A stretch of DNA of 64,000 bases from Podarcis vaucheri (Eukaryota): NCBI GenBank assembly GCA_965113315.1, contig OZ220370.1; one strand, 5' to 3'. Both the position numbers and the translations under genes were made by a program. A model generated the notes under the pieces. The model was given only the letters and a program-made list of their open reading frames with translations. It was not told the DNA's origin and ran no database searches. This document shows, in pieces, positions 23,843 to 35,238 of the stretch (within the stretch, counting starts at the first letter, position 1; each line of letters opens with the position of its first letter).

Positions 23843-24223
23843 TAGAACATGAGACTCTTAATCTCAGGGTTGTGAGTTCAAGCCCCATGTTGGGTGAAAG
23901 ATTCCTGGATTGCACGGGGTTAGATTAGATGACCCTCGTGGTCCCTTCTAAGTCTATGCAGTGGTACCTTGGGTTACATACACTTCAGGTTACAGACACT
24001 TCAGGTTACATACGCTTCAGGTTACAGACTCCGCTAACCCAGAAATAGTATCTCGGGTTAAGAACTTTGCTTGAGGATGAGAACAGAAATCGTGCAGCAG
24101 CGGGAGGCCCCATTAGCTAAAGTGGTGCTTCAGGTTAAGAACAGTTTCAGGTTAAGAACGGACCTCCGGAATGAATTAAGTACTTAACCCGAGGTACCAC
24201 TGTATTTCTATGATATATGATTC
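23843..24223 (+). mobile_element. tRNA-Lys(CTT)/CR1-tail SINE, split by a MITE
   Basis: CATGAGACTCTTAATCTCAGGGTTGTGAGTTCAAGCCCCATGTTGGGTG (CTT anticodon arm intact), then TAGATGACCCTCGTGGTCCCTTC; tail resumes at 24203 (TTTCTATGATATATGATTC). Confidence 0.8.
23959..24202. mobile_element. Tc1/mariner (Tigger-like) MITE, CAGTGGTACC TIR
   Basis: TIR CAGTGGTACCTTGGGTTA / TAACCCGAGGTACCACTG; near-identical to 33028-33269; internal CTTCAGGTTA repeats. Confidence 0.9.
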
Positions 24224-25084
24224 CTACCAGGGAGAGGGAAAGAAAACTCAATGAAGTTGCTCGGTCTTTGGATGGGGCCTGGGAAGCACATGATCAAAAG
24301 TAAATTGTTATATGACCATTACCAGAAAGTTGAATCCACATGATCATATATATTCAGGGGCATCAGACTGCTCCTATCAAGATCATAAAGGTGGCAAAGT
24401 ATTGCATTAGCAGCTAGTGAAATCCAGGAAGTACTCTTGCATTGAGGAATGTGAGCATTTTCCTAACCTTCTGTGAAAGTGATTGACAGACTAATTCTGC
24501 ATAAGGAAAAATTAATTTGTAGTTGCACTCACAACTCATTCCAACTTGTGAAAACCTTTCGTACCACTGCCAACCTCCCAGAGCTGAGACAAGGCCTGAT
24601 CAAATGGCAGCTTGCGATAACGGACCCGCAGACGGAGTTAATGGAATTCTCTTCGCTTCTGATCTCTGCCAGATTTTAACCTTGGCTCACCCCGTGAGAA
24701 TTTTCATTTGGACCATTTCTACAAGTTTGGAGAGGTTTGGGCAAAGCTCCCTGGAAGCCTGCTACTCATTATTGCAGGACCGCAGTGGTACCTTTATCTG
24801 TGCAAAACATTTTATTTTGCAGAGACTCACGCCATGTGATTCAAAAGTCCTGGAACAGAAGTGAATGGAGCAGAGAAAAACAAGTGTTTACATTCAAGAG
24901 CATTGGTCATGAAAGATAAACATTAGGAGAGAACAGTAAACATGCAGGCATGCAAACACAGAGCTGTGTTACCTGTCAATGATCCATAAAAGTAAAAATA
25001 ATCTATTACTTTATGACTGAATCATCTCTGTTATGAACTGTATAAACCCCTAAACAGTGTGGGTCATAGCCAGCAGACTTCTTT

Positions 25085-25640
25085 TGTTGTTGTTTAGTCA
25101 TTTAGTCATGTCCGACTCTTCGTGACCCCATGGACCAGAGAACACCAGGCACTCCTGTCTTCCACTGCCTCCAGCAGTTTGGTCAAACTCATGTTAGTGG
25201 CTTCAAGAACACTGTCCAACCATCTCGTCCTCTGTCGTCCCCTTCTCCTTGTGCCTTGTGCTGATTCTCCTCCAGCACCATAATTCAAAAACATCAATTC
25301 TTCGGTGATCAGCCTTCTTTATAGTCCAGCTCTCACTTCCATACATCTCTACAGGGAAAACCATAGCTTTAACTATATGGACCTTTGTCAGCAAGGTGAT
25401 GTCTCTGCTTTTTAAGATGCTGTCTAGGTTTGTCATTGCAGGTGTCTTTTAATTTTGTGACTGCTGTCACCATCTGCAGTGATCATGGCGCCCAAGAAAG
25501 TAAAATCTCTCACTGCCTCCATTTCTTCCCCTTCTATTTGCCAGGAGGTGATGGGCCCAGTGGCCATGATCTTCGGGTTTTTTTTTTATGTTGAGCTTCA
25601 GACCATATTTTGCACTCTCCTCTTTCACCCTCATTAAGAG
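25085..25640 (-). mobile_element. BovB LINE 3' fragment with internal deletion
   Basis: Minus-strand MTNLDSILKSRDITLLTKV..MYGSESWTIKKADHRRIDVFELWCWRR and (CAA)n tail; lacks a segment present in 12956-13380. Confidence 0.92.
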
Positions 25641-26021
25641 ATGCAATTAAACTTGCCCCTACACTCCTCTCCCCTGTAGTCTTAAGATGAGGTATGAGGC
25701 ACATGGCCATGTTTCATGGGGAATGGCCTCAGAAGCCAACTTAGTATCTCCATCAAGCCTAATTAAGGTTGTGGGTCAGAGTTTTCCCTCTTCGGCCTTT
25801 CCAAATGCCTTTCCTCTTATGACCTTCTCCGTATGGCAAGGTAAGGTTTGAATCTGAATGCTGACCATATTCAAGGTTAGACTGGCAGGCAGAAGAGAGG
25901 GGGCCTTCTCAGCGGTGCTGCCTGTAGTTTTGAATTCCCTCCCCATGGAATGACCTGCTCTGTTGCGCAGTTTAGAAGGATGATATACATCTTACACGGG
26001 CAAGCTTTGGGAAATAAAATA

Positions 26022-26209
26022 CAGTGGTACCTCTGGATACACACACCTCTGGTTGCGTATCCTTCAGGATGCAAACGCAACAAACCCGGAAGTATTTTTC
26101 TGGGGTTTGCCGCGCGCGCATGTGCAGAAGTGGCACCTCCAGTTGTGAATTCTTCGGGATCTGATCGGAGCTCCAGAACAGATCCCGTGCGCAACCGGAG
26201 GTACCACTG
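26022..26209. mobile_element. Tc1/mariner MITE, CAGTGGTACCTC TIR
   Basis: TIR CAGTGGTACCTC / GAGGTACCACTG with TA TSD. Confidence 0.9.
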
Positions 26210-28099
26210 TACACCAAATAGTGCTGGATTCCTTCCCACCCTCTGCCACTTGGAGGGATATGATTGGATGCTAAGATAGAATATATTTATTAGATATTAT
26301 ATTTCCTTCCTCACGTTTGTGGGTTCAGCAGAGTGCATCCCTTTGCAGATTAAAATGGAAGCCTAGATAGGCTAGTTTTAGCCTTTCAGTTTAAGTAATC
26401 CAAGCTGCTTTAAGGCAAACTGGATTCTCCTGGTATTCCCCCCCTTCCTCCCCCTTCAATCACACAAACAGTCTTGTAAAAGGTAAAAAAAAAAATTTAC
26501 TCAGAATACTAGTTGAAGAGTAACAGATACATCAGCTTTGTTCAGGCAGGCTTAAAATGGTAATTCGGTTACAAAGACATACTTTAGCCCAGCTTAAAAT
26601 GGAGTCTGAGCACTGGAGATGCTTTCTCCAGTGGGAAGTGATGAAAAAGAAGATGTGCCCAGGCAGGTAAGATAATATATATAGCTACACCATCCCCCTG
26701 GTAGGGCACAGTGGGAGATTCTCTCACAGAGTCCTCTCTAGCAAACTTACAGGAAAACTCTGTGAGCTTCAGCGCCTGTCATGTGCCTATCTAGCAAAAC
26801 ATGAATTGTTGGTTTGACTGCATTTTAAATATCCCACAACCCCTGCCACCTTGTTTATACACCTTAATCTTTTTGATCCTCCTGTCTTCAGTTAGTTCCC
26901 TTTTACAGGATTCGAACTGCTCTTTGAGCTGCAATACACGTAATATTGTGTATTATGTGCTGCTGACGGTCTTCAGGAGTATTGTGGGTTTCAATGCTGG
27001 AAGCTTCTACAAAGGTTCTATTGAGACTTGCCAGTAGGATATCAAATCTCAGAAGAAGCTTCTTTCAGAGATGTTGTTTACCAGCCCACCCTTCATTTCC
27101 CAGACAACTGTTTTCTGTGGGGCAGAAAAGGGGGCTATATAATAATGCACATACAGAGAGAGCCACAGAGAAGCATTCCAACTTCCCCAAGCATCAGGCT
27201 GCTGGTGTTTCTTAAAGATGCCAAGGCTTGGACTTGATTAAGTTTTCATGATGAGATCATGCCATGGGCCTTATCAGAGATGCACCAGTCTACCAAGTGT
27301 GCAGTCGTGTCTGCATTCAGTTGACATTCAAAGGAGGACTTGTTTATGTATCCCAGTCAGAGGTAAACATCACAGGAAGTCCTACCAGACAAATGCAATT
27401 CTGTCTGCTCACTCAGCTGGTACTGCTGCTTTAATAATGTCTGAACAATGTCTGAAGGCAATCATAGCTGTATGCAGCCATCAGTAGTGCCTTTCTAAAT
27501 GAGCCCTTAGTGTTCAAACTTGTATCATAAATGGTGTTGCTATCAGGGCACACTAGCGAAACACACATACAGGATGGGAGGGAATTATCTCTCTATTGCC
27601 ATTCTCTGCACATCCATGTCTTAAGCAAAACTCTGGAGGCCATATCATATTGCACATAGGCTGCTGCTTATGAAAGCTACAGACCTAGCAACACACGAAA
27701 CTGAACATGCCCGTTTGCTGTCTGTGATATTGTACCCCTGAATGCAAAGTCAGCTAGGATGACATGTGCATGGAAACTAAAGCAGTGCACACATTCCCTT
27801 TGTTGCTTCAGTAATCACATGCAGAGGCTGAACAAGTTGTAGCTGCAACAAAATGTTGCCGTATGGAATGCTCCATTCTTCCTCCTCTCCTCCTTTTCCA
27901 TATCTCCCAGTGTTTTGTTGCCACTCAGCATGCTCAATACTTATAGGCCTGGGAGGAGGGGTTCTCCCCTTAGAGTCCCCCCCTCCTCTAAACCATGGCT
28001 TTCTCCAGAACATACTGATACCTCCCTCTTCTTTCCCAGTGGCCATATTACAGCCACAATCCTCTCAGCAGTCACCTACTGAGTTTGCTGTTAAGAAAG

Positions 28100-29204
28100 G
28101 GTGATGGCGATGTCCTCTGGCTCTCCAGAGGTTGCCGAACTACAAATGGGATCCTCTTTAATGAGGGCCCTGGTTGTACACGAGCCCTTGAGACAACCTC
28201 CGCCAGGTTGAAGGTGCTGGGCATGGCCCAGGCCTTGTCTATATGGCCCCACAATCACACCAGGCCATTTGAGCCAATCAGTGCAGGTGGCGTGATTGGT
28301 GGGGGCCTATAAAAGCGGCAGTGCGACGTGGCTGAGGCACTTGCTTCACGCTGCCGAATACCCACCCTCCCATCCCTATTTGTAGGTTTTGCTCCTTTGG
28401 CCTTGCTTCAGATACTGGCTGGTCGCCTGTTTTGGAACAGGGGCCAGGTAGGAATTTTTCCATTTGGCAAATTGGCAGTGGCCGCTTGGTTTTCACCTAC
28501 CACCTTAGCAATCGTTATAACTTTGTAAGGTTTGGCAGTTATGCATTGGCTTAATGAAGTGTGTGTGTGTGGGGGGGGGTGATGCGGCCATCACCTGCTC
28601 CTCCAGAAATAGGGTATTCCAGTAAAGGAATCTGGAAGTTCTGGATCTCATCTGAAGTCCGCTTGAGGGGCTAGGGCCATGCCAGGACCACAGGAGCCCC
28701 GGGGTGAGCTTTGTTGGTCTTCATCGATGTTGCTCCCTCGTTTGGTGTTTACCCTTTCAGACTAGCACCCAGAGAGGCAGGAGTTAGTTATAGTCTGCTA
28801 CCAATGTCTAAGCCAATATCACTCACTTTGCTGTAATCAATAAAGTTGTGGCCTAAATTTTGCCCATTAACTTAAACCAAAATTATGTGTCAGTGTGAAG
28901 TTACAGTCATACCTCAGATTAAATGTGCTTCAGGTTGAGCACTTTCGGGTTGCGCTCCGTGGCAACCCAGAAGTAACAGAGCATGTTACTTCTGGGTTTC
29001 GCTGCTCGCACATGCGCAGACACTCAAAATGACATCATGCGCATGCGCGGAGGCGGGAAAACGCGGCCCGTGCACACGCAGATGCACCGTCACATCTTAC
29101 GTTCCATTCAGCATGCGAATGGGGCTCCGGAACGGATCCTGTTTGCATCCCGAGGTACCACTGTATTTACTTGAGGAAGGGTTTGGGGGCCTCAGGGCGC
29201 AACT
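28100..29204 (+). mobile_element. LTR-like structured repeat, copy D (MITE inserted near 3' end)
   Basis: CCAAT 28274-28278, ATTGG 28295-28299, TATAAAA 28308-28314, U-rich loop motif 28447-28501, AATAAA 28839-28844, ends GGGCGCAAC. Left boundary approximate. Confidence 0.8.
28904..29163. mobile_element. Tc1/mariner MITE nested in copy D
   Basis: TIR CAGTCATACCTC / GAGGTACCACTG, TA TSD, related to 26022-26209. Confidence 0.88.
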
Positions 29205-30100
29205 CCTCCCATCCCTACCTAGCATGGAAAATGGCCAGGGTTTAGCAACTTCTAAAATGCCAAAGGTTCCCCAGTCCTACTCTACACATTCAAATATGAC
29301 TCATTCAATATGGCTCCAATTGGCACTGTTAAAATGTTGATAGGATGTGTCTGCTTGTGGACTGCAATGTTTCATGGAATGGACATCTCCAGACATGGTC
29401 CCAGGTCACATGTGTGTTGTGCTGAACAAATCTATATTTGGAATTAGATCAGGGTCTATATAGGTGATTTTTTTATTATTATCTCCTCTTCCCTACTGAG
29501 AAGAGTTATTGTCAATTGACAAGTGCCTCACCTCACTTCCATTCCCCTCCCCACTTAGTGTGAGGCAAATCTGGTTTTGCATTAAGACTGCAGCCTTAAA
29601 AAAAAAAAATCAGTGGGGCTGAGCTCTTTATATAAATAGTTACCTTTGAAATATATGTAGTTTGGAAAGACTGAACATTTTTGACAGGCAACAAAATTGT
29701 TTATTTAAGATTCCCCCATGCATCTCCTCCTCAAGTTAATTTCCAGTAGGATAGTAGATGAAGCAGGCATACACTAATGCCAGAAGAAGGTTTAGATTGA
29801 AAAAGTTAGAGTTTTATTACCACAAACTGGAAATGCAAATAGCCAATCGCTTGTTTCAAACTGTGCAAAGTTAATTGATAAATCACACCTGCATTGGCCA
29901 TTTATTCTGTTCTAGTTGTGCATATAGCTGACATTTAAGGCTCATACATTACTTCTTTCATCTATAAATTTCTTAAATATTACAAATATGACACCACTCC
30001 TCTGCCACCAACTCCATGTGCTTCCAGAAGACTTCCTTGGTGCTATCTCTCTCTCTCTTTTCTTTCAAATTAATCCTTAAGACCCATTCTAGGTTATAAC

Positions 30101-30555
30101 TAGGGATGGGCAGATCTGTCAATTTCGACTTTTCTCAGTTTTTCATTTTTCCAATCTTAAATTTAACTCTCCACATTTCCACATCAGTTTGTGAAGCACT
30201 TTTTATTTTTTAAAGAATCCCCATGAAAATTCATCAGCATTTCAGTGCAAATTTCTCCCAATATAAACATTTTTATATGGAGAGTATTCCCCAATATAAA
30301 ATGATTTTTGATAATTTATTTTCATGAATGTATAAATTTTTATGAACATTTTACTCCAGCGTTCGTTCTTTCTTTTCTTTTCTTTTTTGTTTCACTTTGT
30401 ATTCATTACTTGGCTGGGGAATTGTACTGCAATATTCAGAGAAGTGCAAATTTCAGAGGATGCCTGTGTTTCGGTTTGCCACTTGTTTCAAAAAGTTCAG
30501 AATAGGTACATTTGCTTTTAAATGTGAACTGAATTGAATTTCTCCCCCATCCCTA
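30101..30555 (+). mobile_element. Non-autonomous hAT-type element (TAGGGATGGG TIR)
   Basis: TIR TAGGGATGGG / CCCATCCCTA; 8-bp TSD GTTATAAC (30093-30100) / GTTATAAT (30556-30563). Confidence 0.85.
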
Positions 30556-30840
30556 GTTATAATTGACTTGGTTTTGGAAAGAAGAAACCAGTTATTGCCC
30601 CCAAACTTAGCATTTTAAGTCATTTGTACAAAGGAAGGAGAATTGTATGTGTGCATAGGCCAAATATCCAATTGTTCCTCAGTACACTCATAAGCCTTCA
30701 TAAATGAATGGAGGATTTCTCCTCACTGAGCCAAAAATCTCTAGAAGTGCTGGCATCTGGACTCTGCAGTACGCAATTACTGCCAAAGCATGTGGCGAAG
30801 TGCTGGAAAGCTTGCAATTCAGCAAGCTGAACACCCCAGT

Positions 30841-31086
30841 GCCAGTATGGTGTAGTGGTTAAGAGCGGTAGTCTCGTAATCTGGGGAACCGGGTTTGTGT
30901 CTCCGCTCCTCCACATGCAGCTGCTGGGTGACCTTGGGCCAGTCACACTTCTTTGAAGTCTTTCAGCCCCACTCGCCTCACAGAGTGTTTGTTGTGGGGG
31001 AGGAAGGGAAAGGAGAATGTTAGCCGCTTTGAGACTCCTTAAAGGGAGTGAAAGGCGGGATATCAAATCCAAACTCTTCTTCTTCT
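30841..31086 (+). mobile_element. Squam3-type SINE, full length
   Basis: GCCAGTATGGTGTAGTGGTTAAGAGCGG head, ends AAATCCAAACTCTTCTTCTTCT; ACCCCA on both flanks. Confidence 0.92.
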
Positions 31087-32695
31087 ACCCCACACCACCA
31101 AGATATGGCAGTTCGTAGTGCTGGTGAGATGCATTTGACTTAGAGTGTCACAAGTTGAGCAGGCCTCAAATGGTGTGTGTTTGTGTGTGTGCATGAACAT
31201 ATTACAGTAGATTTGACAATGGGCTCTGTTCATGCGCTGAGAGTGGTGCTCTATGCATAAATTGTTGTTCTTGTGTACATACTGCCATGTTGAATTGGGA
31301 TCTGGGGTGGAGGATGCTGGGAATTTTGATGCACACCAATTCTAGAAGTGCTTGGATCATGGCCTTTTGTTACTGAGATAATCTGGCATGGCTCCACTTT
31401 GATAATTCCCATTTTTTCTTTGTTCATTGCATCTGAAACAGCTCAGCTGTTCAACTGGCGAACTGTGTGATCTTGAGAGCTTCAAGCTGTGTCGCAGGTG
31501 GGATCACCCAGCCTTCGGGTCTCAAAGTTTCAGCAGAATCAAATGGCACAGATTTTGCTGAACTCTACAAACTGTGTTTCCCTACCGCCTCTGGTAGACA
31601 GAAAAATAGCATCTCAATGAGAAGTTATCAAGCCTTCTTAATAGGCTATATTTCTACGTGTGGGAAGGTGGCAACCACCTGCTTATGGTTTATTGTCAAA
31701 CAAAAATGAACAGCAGCTGCCAAGGGGAAAGAAAGATTGATTAATGCAAATAGCCACCTATCAACAAATATTCTCTAAAAAGAATGACAGCACTAAAAAT
31801 TCAATATATAATACTTAATATTAACAATAAGCATGGACCACAATGGTGCTGATTCTATAGTTCAGTTCTCAAGTGCCATTTGGGCTCCTCTTGTTTATGA
31901 TACTTTATTACAAAGATTTTGTGTGTGTTTGTGTGCGTGCATACATGTGTGTGCATGAGGTAAAGACAAGACGAAAAACATGTTTTGCATGTCACAAGGG
32001 AGACAGCACAATAGATGTTTTGAAGTTTTACCACTCTTTGGGTACATAGATGCCTCTAAGTGAGTGGTTTTCCACTGGGCTTCAGAGCATACAAAACCTA
32101 GTTGATTGATATTTACAACTTCAAAAAGAAAAGAAAAAAAGTGAAAACTGTAGGGGATTGAACTGTGCATTACTGTCTCAAATGGCACCTGAGTAAGGAT
32201 AAAACGTTTGTGAGAGGAGAATGGCTTTGGTGGGGGGCAGGGAGTTAAGCTCTACTACAGGATGTCAAAGACGGAAAGAGATTATTCACAGGAAATGAAC
32301 AAAATCTATTTGTACCTCCAGGACATTTTTGTTATAGATTTAGTCCATTTGCACTTGTAAAAAGGGTGTTTTTAAAGCCTAATTAGCAACAGGAAATCAG
32401 AAGTCTGTGAACAGGAATCTATTGTTTTATTTAATATGGAAAGTGAGAAATCTTGCCGAAAGCATGCAAGTCACTAGTCAGGAAAGCAGCTTGCATCAAG
32501 TTTGTGTGTGCGTATGTATGTATGTCATGGAATTATATATAGCCTTCACTTTTACCCTTCCACAAAATGAAGCTAGAAAACTAATTTGTATGCCAAAGGA
32601 CTGGTTTTTATTGCCTTATGTTTTATTTGCTTTGTCCAAATATAGGAAGATGAAGGAGGCAAAATGGATGTGATGTTTCGCAAGCTAGAGTGATG

Positions 32696-32975
32696 ATTTG
32701 TACAACATATAAGACCCTATCCAGCTCAGAACCAGGCTATTTGAGAGGCCACCTTATCCATTATAGGCCTGCTAGGCCACTGTGTTCTGAAGGAGAGTTT
32801 CTCTCTAAAGTCCGCAGAATGACAGAAGCCCACTTTCCAGTAAGGCGGAGCAGGACTTGTAGTGTAGCTTCCCTTGTTTTGTGAAACAGCATCTCTGGTG
32901 AGATACAACAGTAACCCGCTATCTCAACTTTTCTAGAACAACTGAAGACATTTTGGTCTCAAAAAGCTTTTGTCC
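32696..32975 (+). mobile_element. Old L2 LINE ORF2 3' fragment
   Basis: Degenerate TYKTL..EPGYLRGHLIHYRPARPLCS..VASLVL, collinear with the L2 C-terminus at 4469-4804. Confidence 0.6.
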
Positions 32976-33027
32976 CAGCAAGCTTTTCTGGGTAGATGAA
33001 GAGGTCTCTGCCTTAGGTTTAGAAATA

Positions 33028-33269
33028 CAGTGGTACCTCAGGTTACATACGCTTCAGGTTACATACACTTCAGGTTACAGACTCCGCTAACCCAGAAATA
33101 GTGCTTCAGGTTAAGAACTCTGCTTCAGGATGAGAACAGAAATCATGCTCCAGTGGCGCGGCGGCAGCAGGAGGCCCCATTAGCTAAAGTGGTGCTTCAG
33201 GTTAAGAACAGTTTCAGGTTAAGTATGGACCTCTGGAACGAATTAAGTACTTAACCTGAGGCACCACTG
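33028..33269. mobile_element. Tc1/mariner (Tigger-like) MITE
   Basis: TIR CAGTGGTACCTCAGGTTA / TAACCTGAGGCACCACTG, TA TSD. Confidence 0.92.
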
Positions 33270-33330
33270 TAATACAAAACGAACGCCTACCTTTAGTTAT
33301 GTAACTTCATTCCAATGTAAAATGTATGTG

Positions 33331-33500
33331 TCAAAACGCTATAAAAGAGCCATGAATTACATATTATTACCAGACTTCTAAACAACAACAAAGCGAATGC
33401 AAATAGTCAAATGCATCAAAACGCTACAATAGAGCCATGAATTACATATTATCACCAGACTTCAAAACAACAACAAAGCGAATTCAAATAGTCATATGTG
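33331..33500. repeat. Tandem duplication, 85-bp unit x2
   Basis: TCAAAACGCTA..AGAGCCATGAATTACATATTAT..CCAGACTTC..AAACAACAACAAAGCGAAT..CAAATAGTCA starts at 33331 and 33416. Confidence 0.9.
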
Positions 33501-33652
33501 TTTGACTAGTTCTCATTTTTAGCCAAAGATGAACATGTGAGTTGAAACAACTTCTGCTTCCTTTGCTTCCTTGACTTTACTAGGCCAAGATTTAGCTTTC
33601 TTTGGTCCTTTACTTATAAGTTAATTAATTTAATTAATTTAATTTAATTTAA

Positions 33653-34017
33653 TTGTTGTTTAGTTGTTTAGTCATGTCCGACTCTTCGAGACCCCATGGA
33701 CCAGAGCACGCCAGGCACTCCTGTCTTCCACTGCCTTCCGCAGTTTGGACTCATGTTTGTAGCTTCGAGAACACTGTCCAACCACCTTGTCCTCTCTTGT
33801 CCCCTTCTCCTTGTGCCCTCCATCTTTCCCAACATCAGGGTCTTTTCCAGGGAGTATTCTCTTCTCATGATGTGGCCAAAGTACTGGAGCCTCAGCTTCA
33901 CGATCTGTCCTTCCAGTGAGCACTCAAGGCTAATTTCCTTAAGAATGGATGTGTTTGATCTTCTTGCAGTCCATGGGACTCTCAAGAGTCTCATCCAGCA
34001 CCATAATTCAAAAGCAT
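33653..34017 (-). mobile_element. BovB LINE 3' fragment
   Basis: Minus-strand RLLRVPWTARRSN.SILKEIS.ECSLEGQ..KLRLQYFGH.MRRE.SLEKTLMLGK; (CAA)n tail; sits in an AT-rich simple repeat. Confidence 0.93.
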
Positions 34018-35179
34018 TTAAATTAAAGCATTTAATTTAATTTAAAGCATTTAATTTAATTTAATTATAAAATTATAATTTGATATAATAAATTAATAAT
34101 GAATTATAATTTAATATAATAAAATATAATATATAAATTATAAAATAAAATAAATTGTATATCGCTCTTCGTATGAAGATCCCAAGATGGTTCGCAAGAT
34201 GAAAAATACGAAATGAGAACACAAAATACATTTCTGCAGTCCCAGTGCTGAGTGTTCATATGGGCTGTGTATGATCCAAAACAGCTGGAACGCACATTCA
34301 CAGGTGGAAAAGCGATTTGAACATTTTCTCTGGACAGCCATTAGACATGGTTGTGCCACTGACATCCTTAATTTTTTAGGGCCTAGATCTATCTATGCAT
34401 CTATATATCTATATATTTATAACGTGTAATCAAACATTTTACAGCAATTTGTATAAATGTGGTTCTCTGGAAAAATATTTACTCCCTATCTAGGGTTTAT
34501 AGTCTTAGATTTAAAAGCTTTGGTGCTGTGAGCTGGAATGCAATGGGCTGGATAATTAAACCAGTCTGGATTTTCAACAGGGGCTTTTGGGCCATTGATA
34601 ATTCATAACTCTTTCCCTAATTACAGTTTTAGAGATTTACCTCCTACAAGAACAACCAACAGCATACTTCCTCTTAGAAAACACACCCTAAAACATGGAG
34701 TGGGAATTGAGGACTTGGTAGCAGCACAGCAAAGATGGCTTCTTTAACATTTCATTGCTGTATTTATAATACAGTGTATTATAATGTTAACAATACAGTG
34801 TATGAACAGTGTGGTTTTCATACTCATTGTAGTTAATGAAACATGGAAAGTCCAGTGTAAATCTTCACTTACTACATTAGTGATGGCCCAGGGTTTAGAG
34901 TATATAAGGCAAAAAAAATGTCCTCATAATGACATTTAGCCCATCTCCACTGTACATAACTACTAACAACTACACATGAAATCAAGATGCACTGATTTAC
35001 ATAACATTATTCATGCATAATTCCTTGTCTCCTGCTGTTTTATATTTTCAATTGCTATTACTAATTTGTTGTGCTTATTATGAGTTATTGTTTTAATATA
35101 GTCTTTGTATTTAGATTTTTTTGGTATTAAAAAAACAGCAACAAAGTCTGGGTTTCATAATGTTGCATTCCCAGTTTTT

Positions 35180-35238
35180 CTTCTTCTTCTTCTTCTTCTT
35201 CTTCTTCTTCTTCTTCTTCTTCTTCTTCTTCTTCTTCA
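35180..35238. repeat. (CTT)n microsatellite
   Basis: Directly visible. Confidence 0.95.

Noticed and set aside
23843-23897. Functional tRNA-Lys gene
   Set aside because: 5' acceptor strand and D-arm missing or degenerate, and fused to a CR1 tail; it is a SINE. Same for 1025-1097.
26290-26700. Possible minus-strand LTR
   Set aside because: Composition is suggestive, but no termini, TSD or second copy in the window support it.
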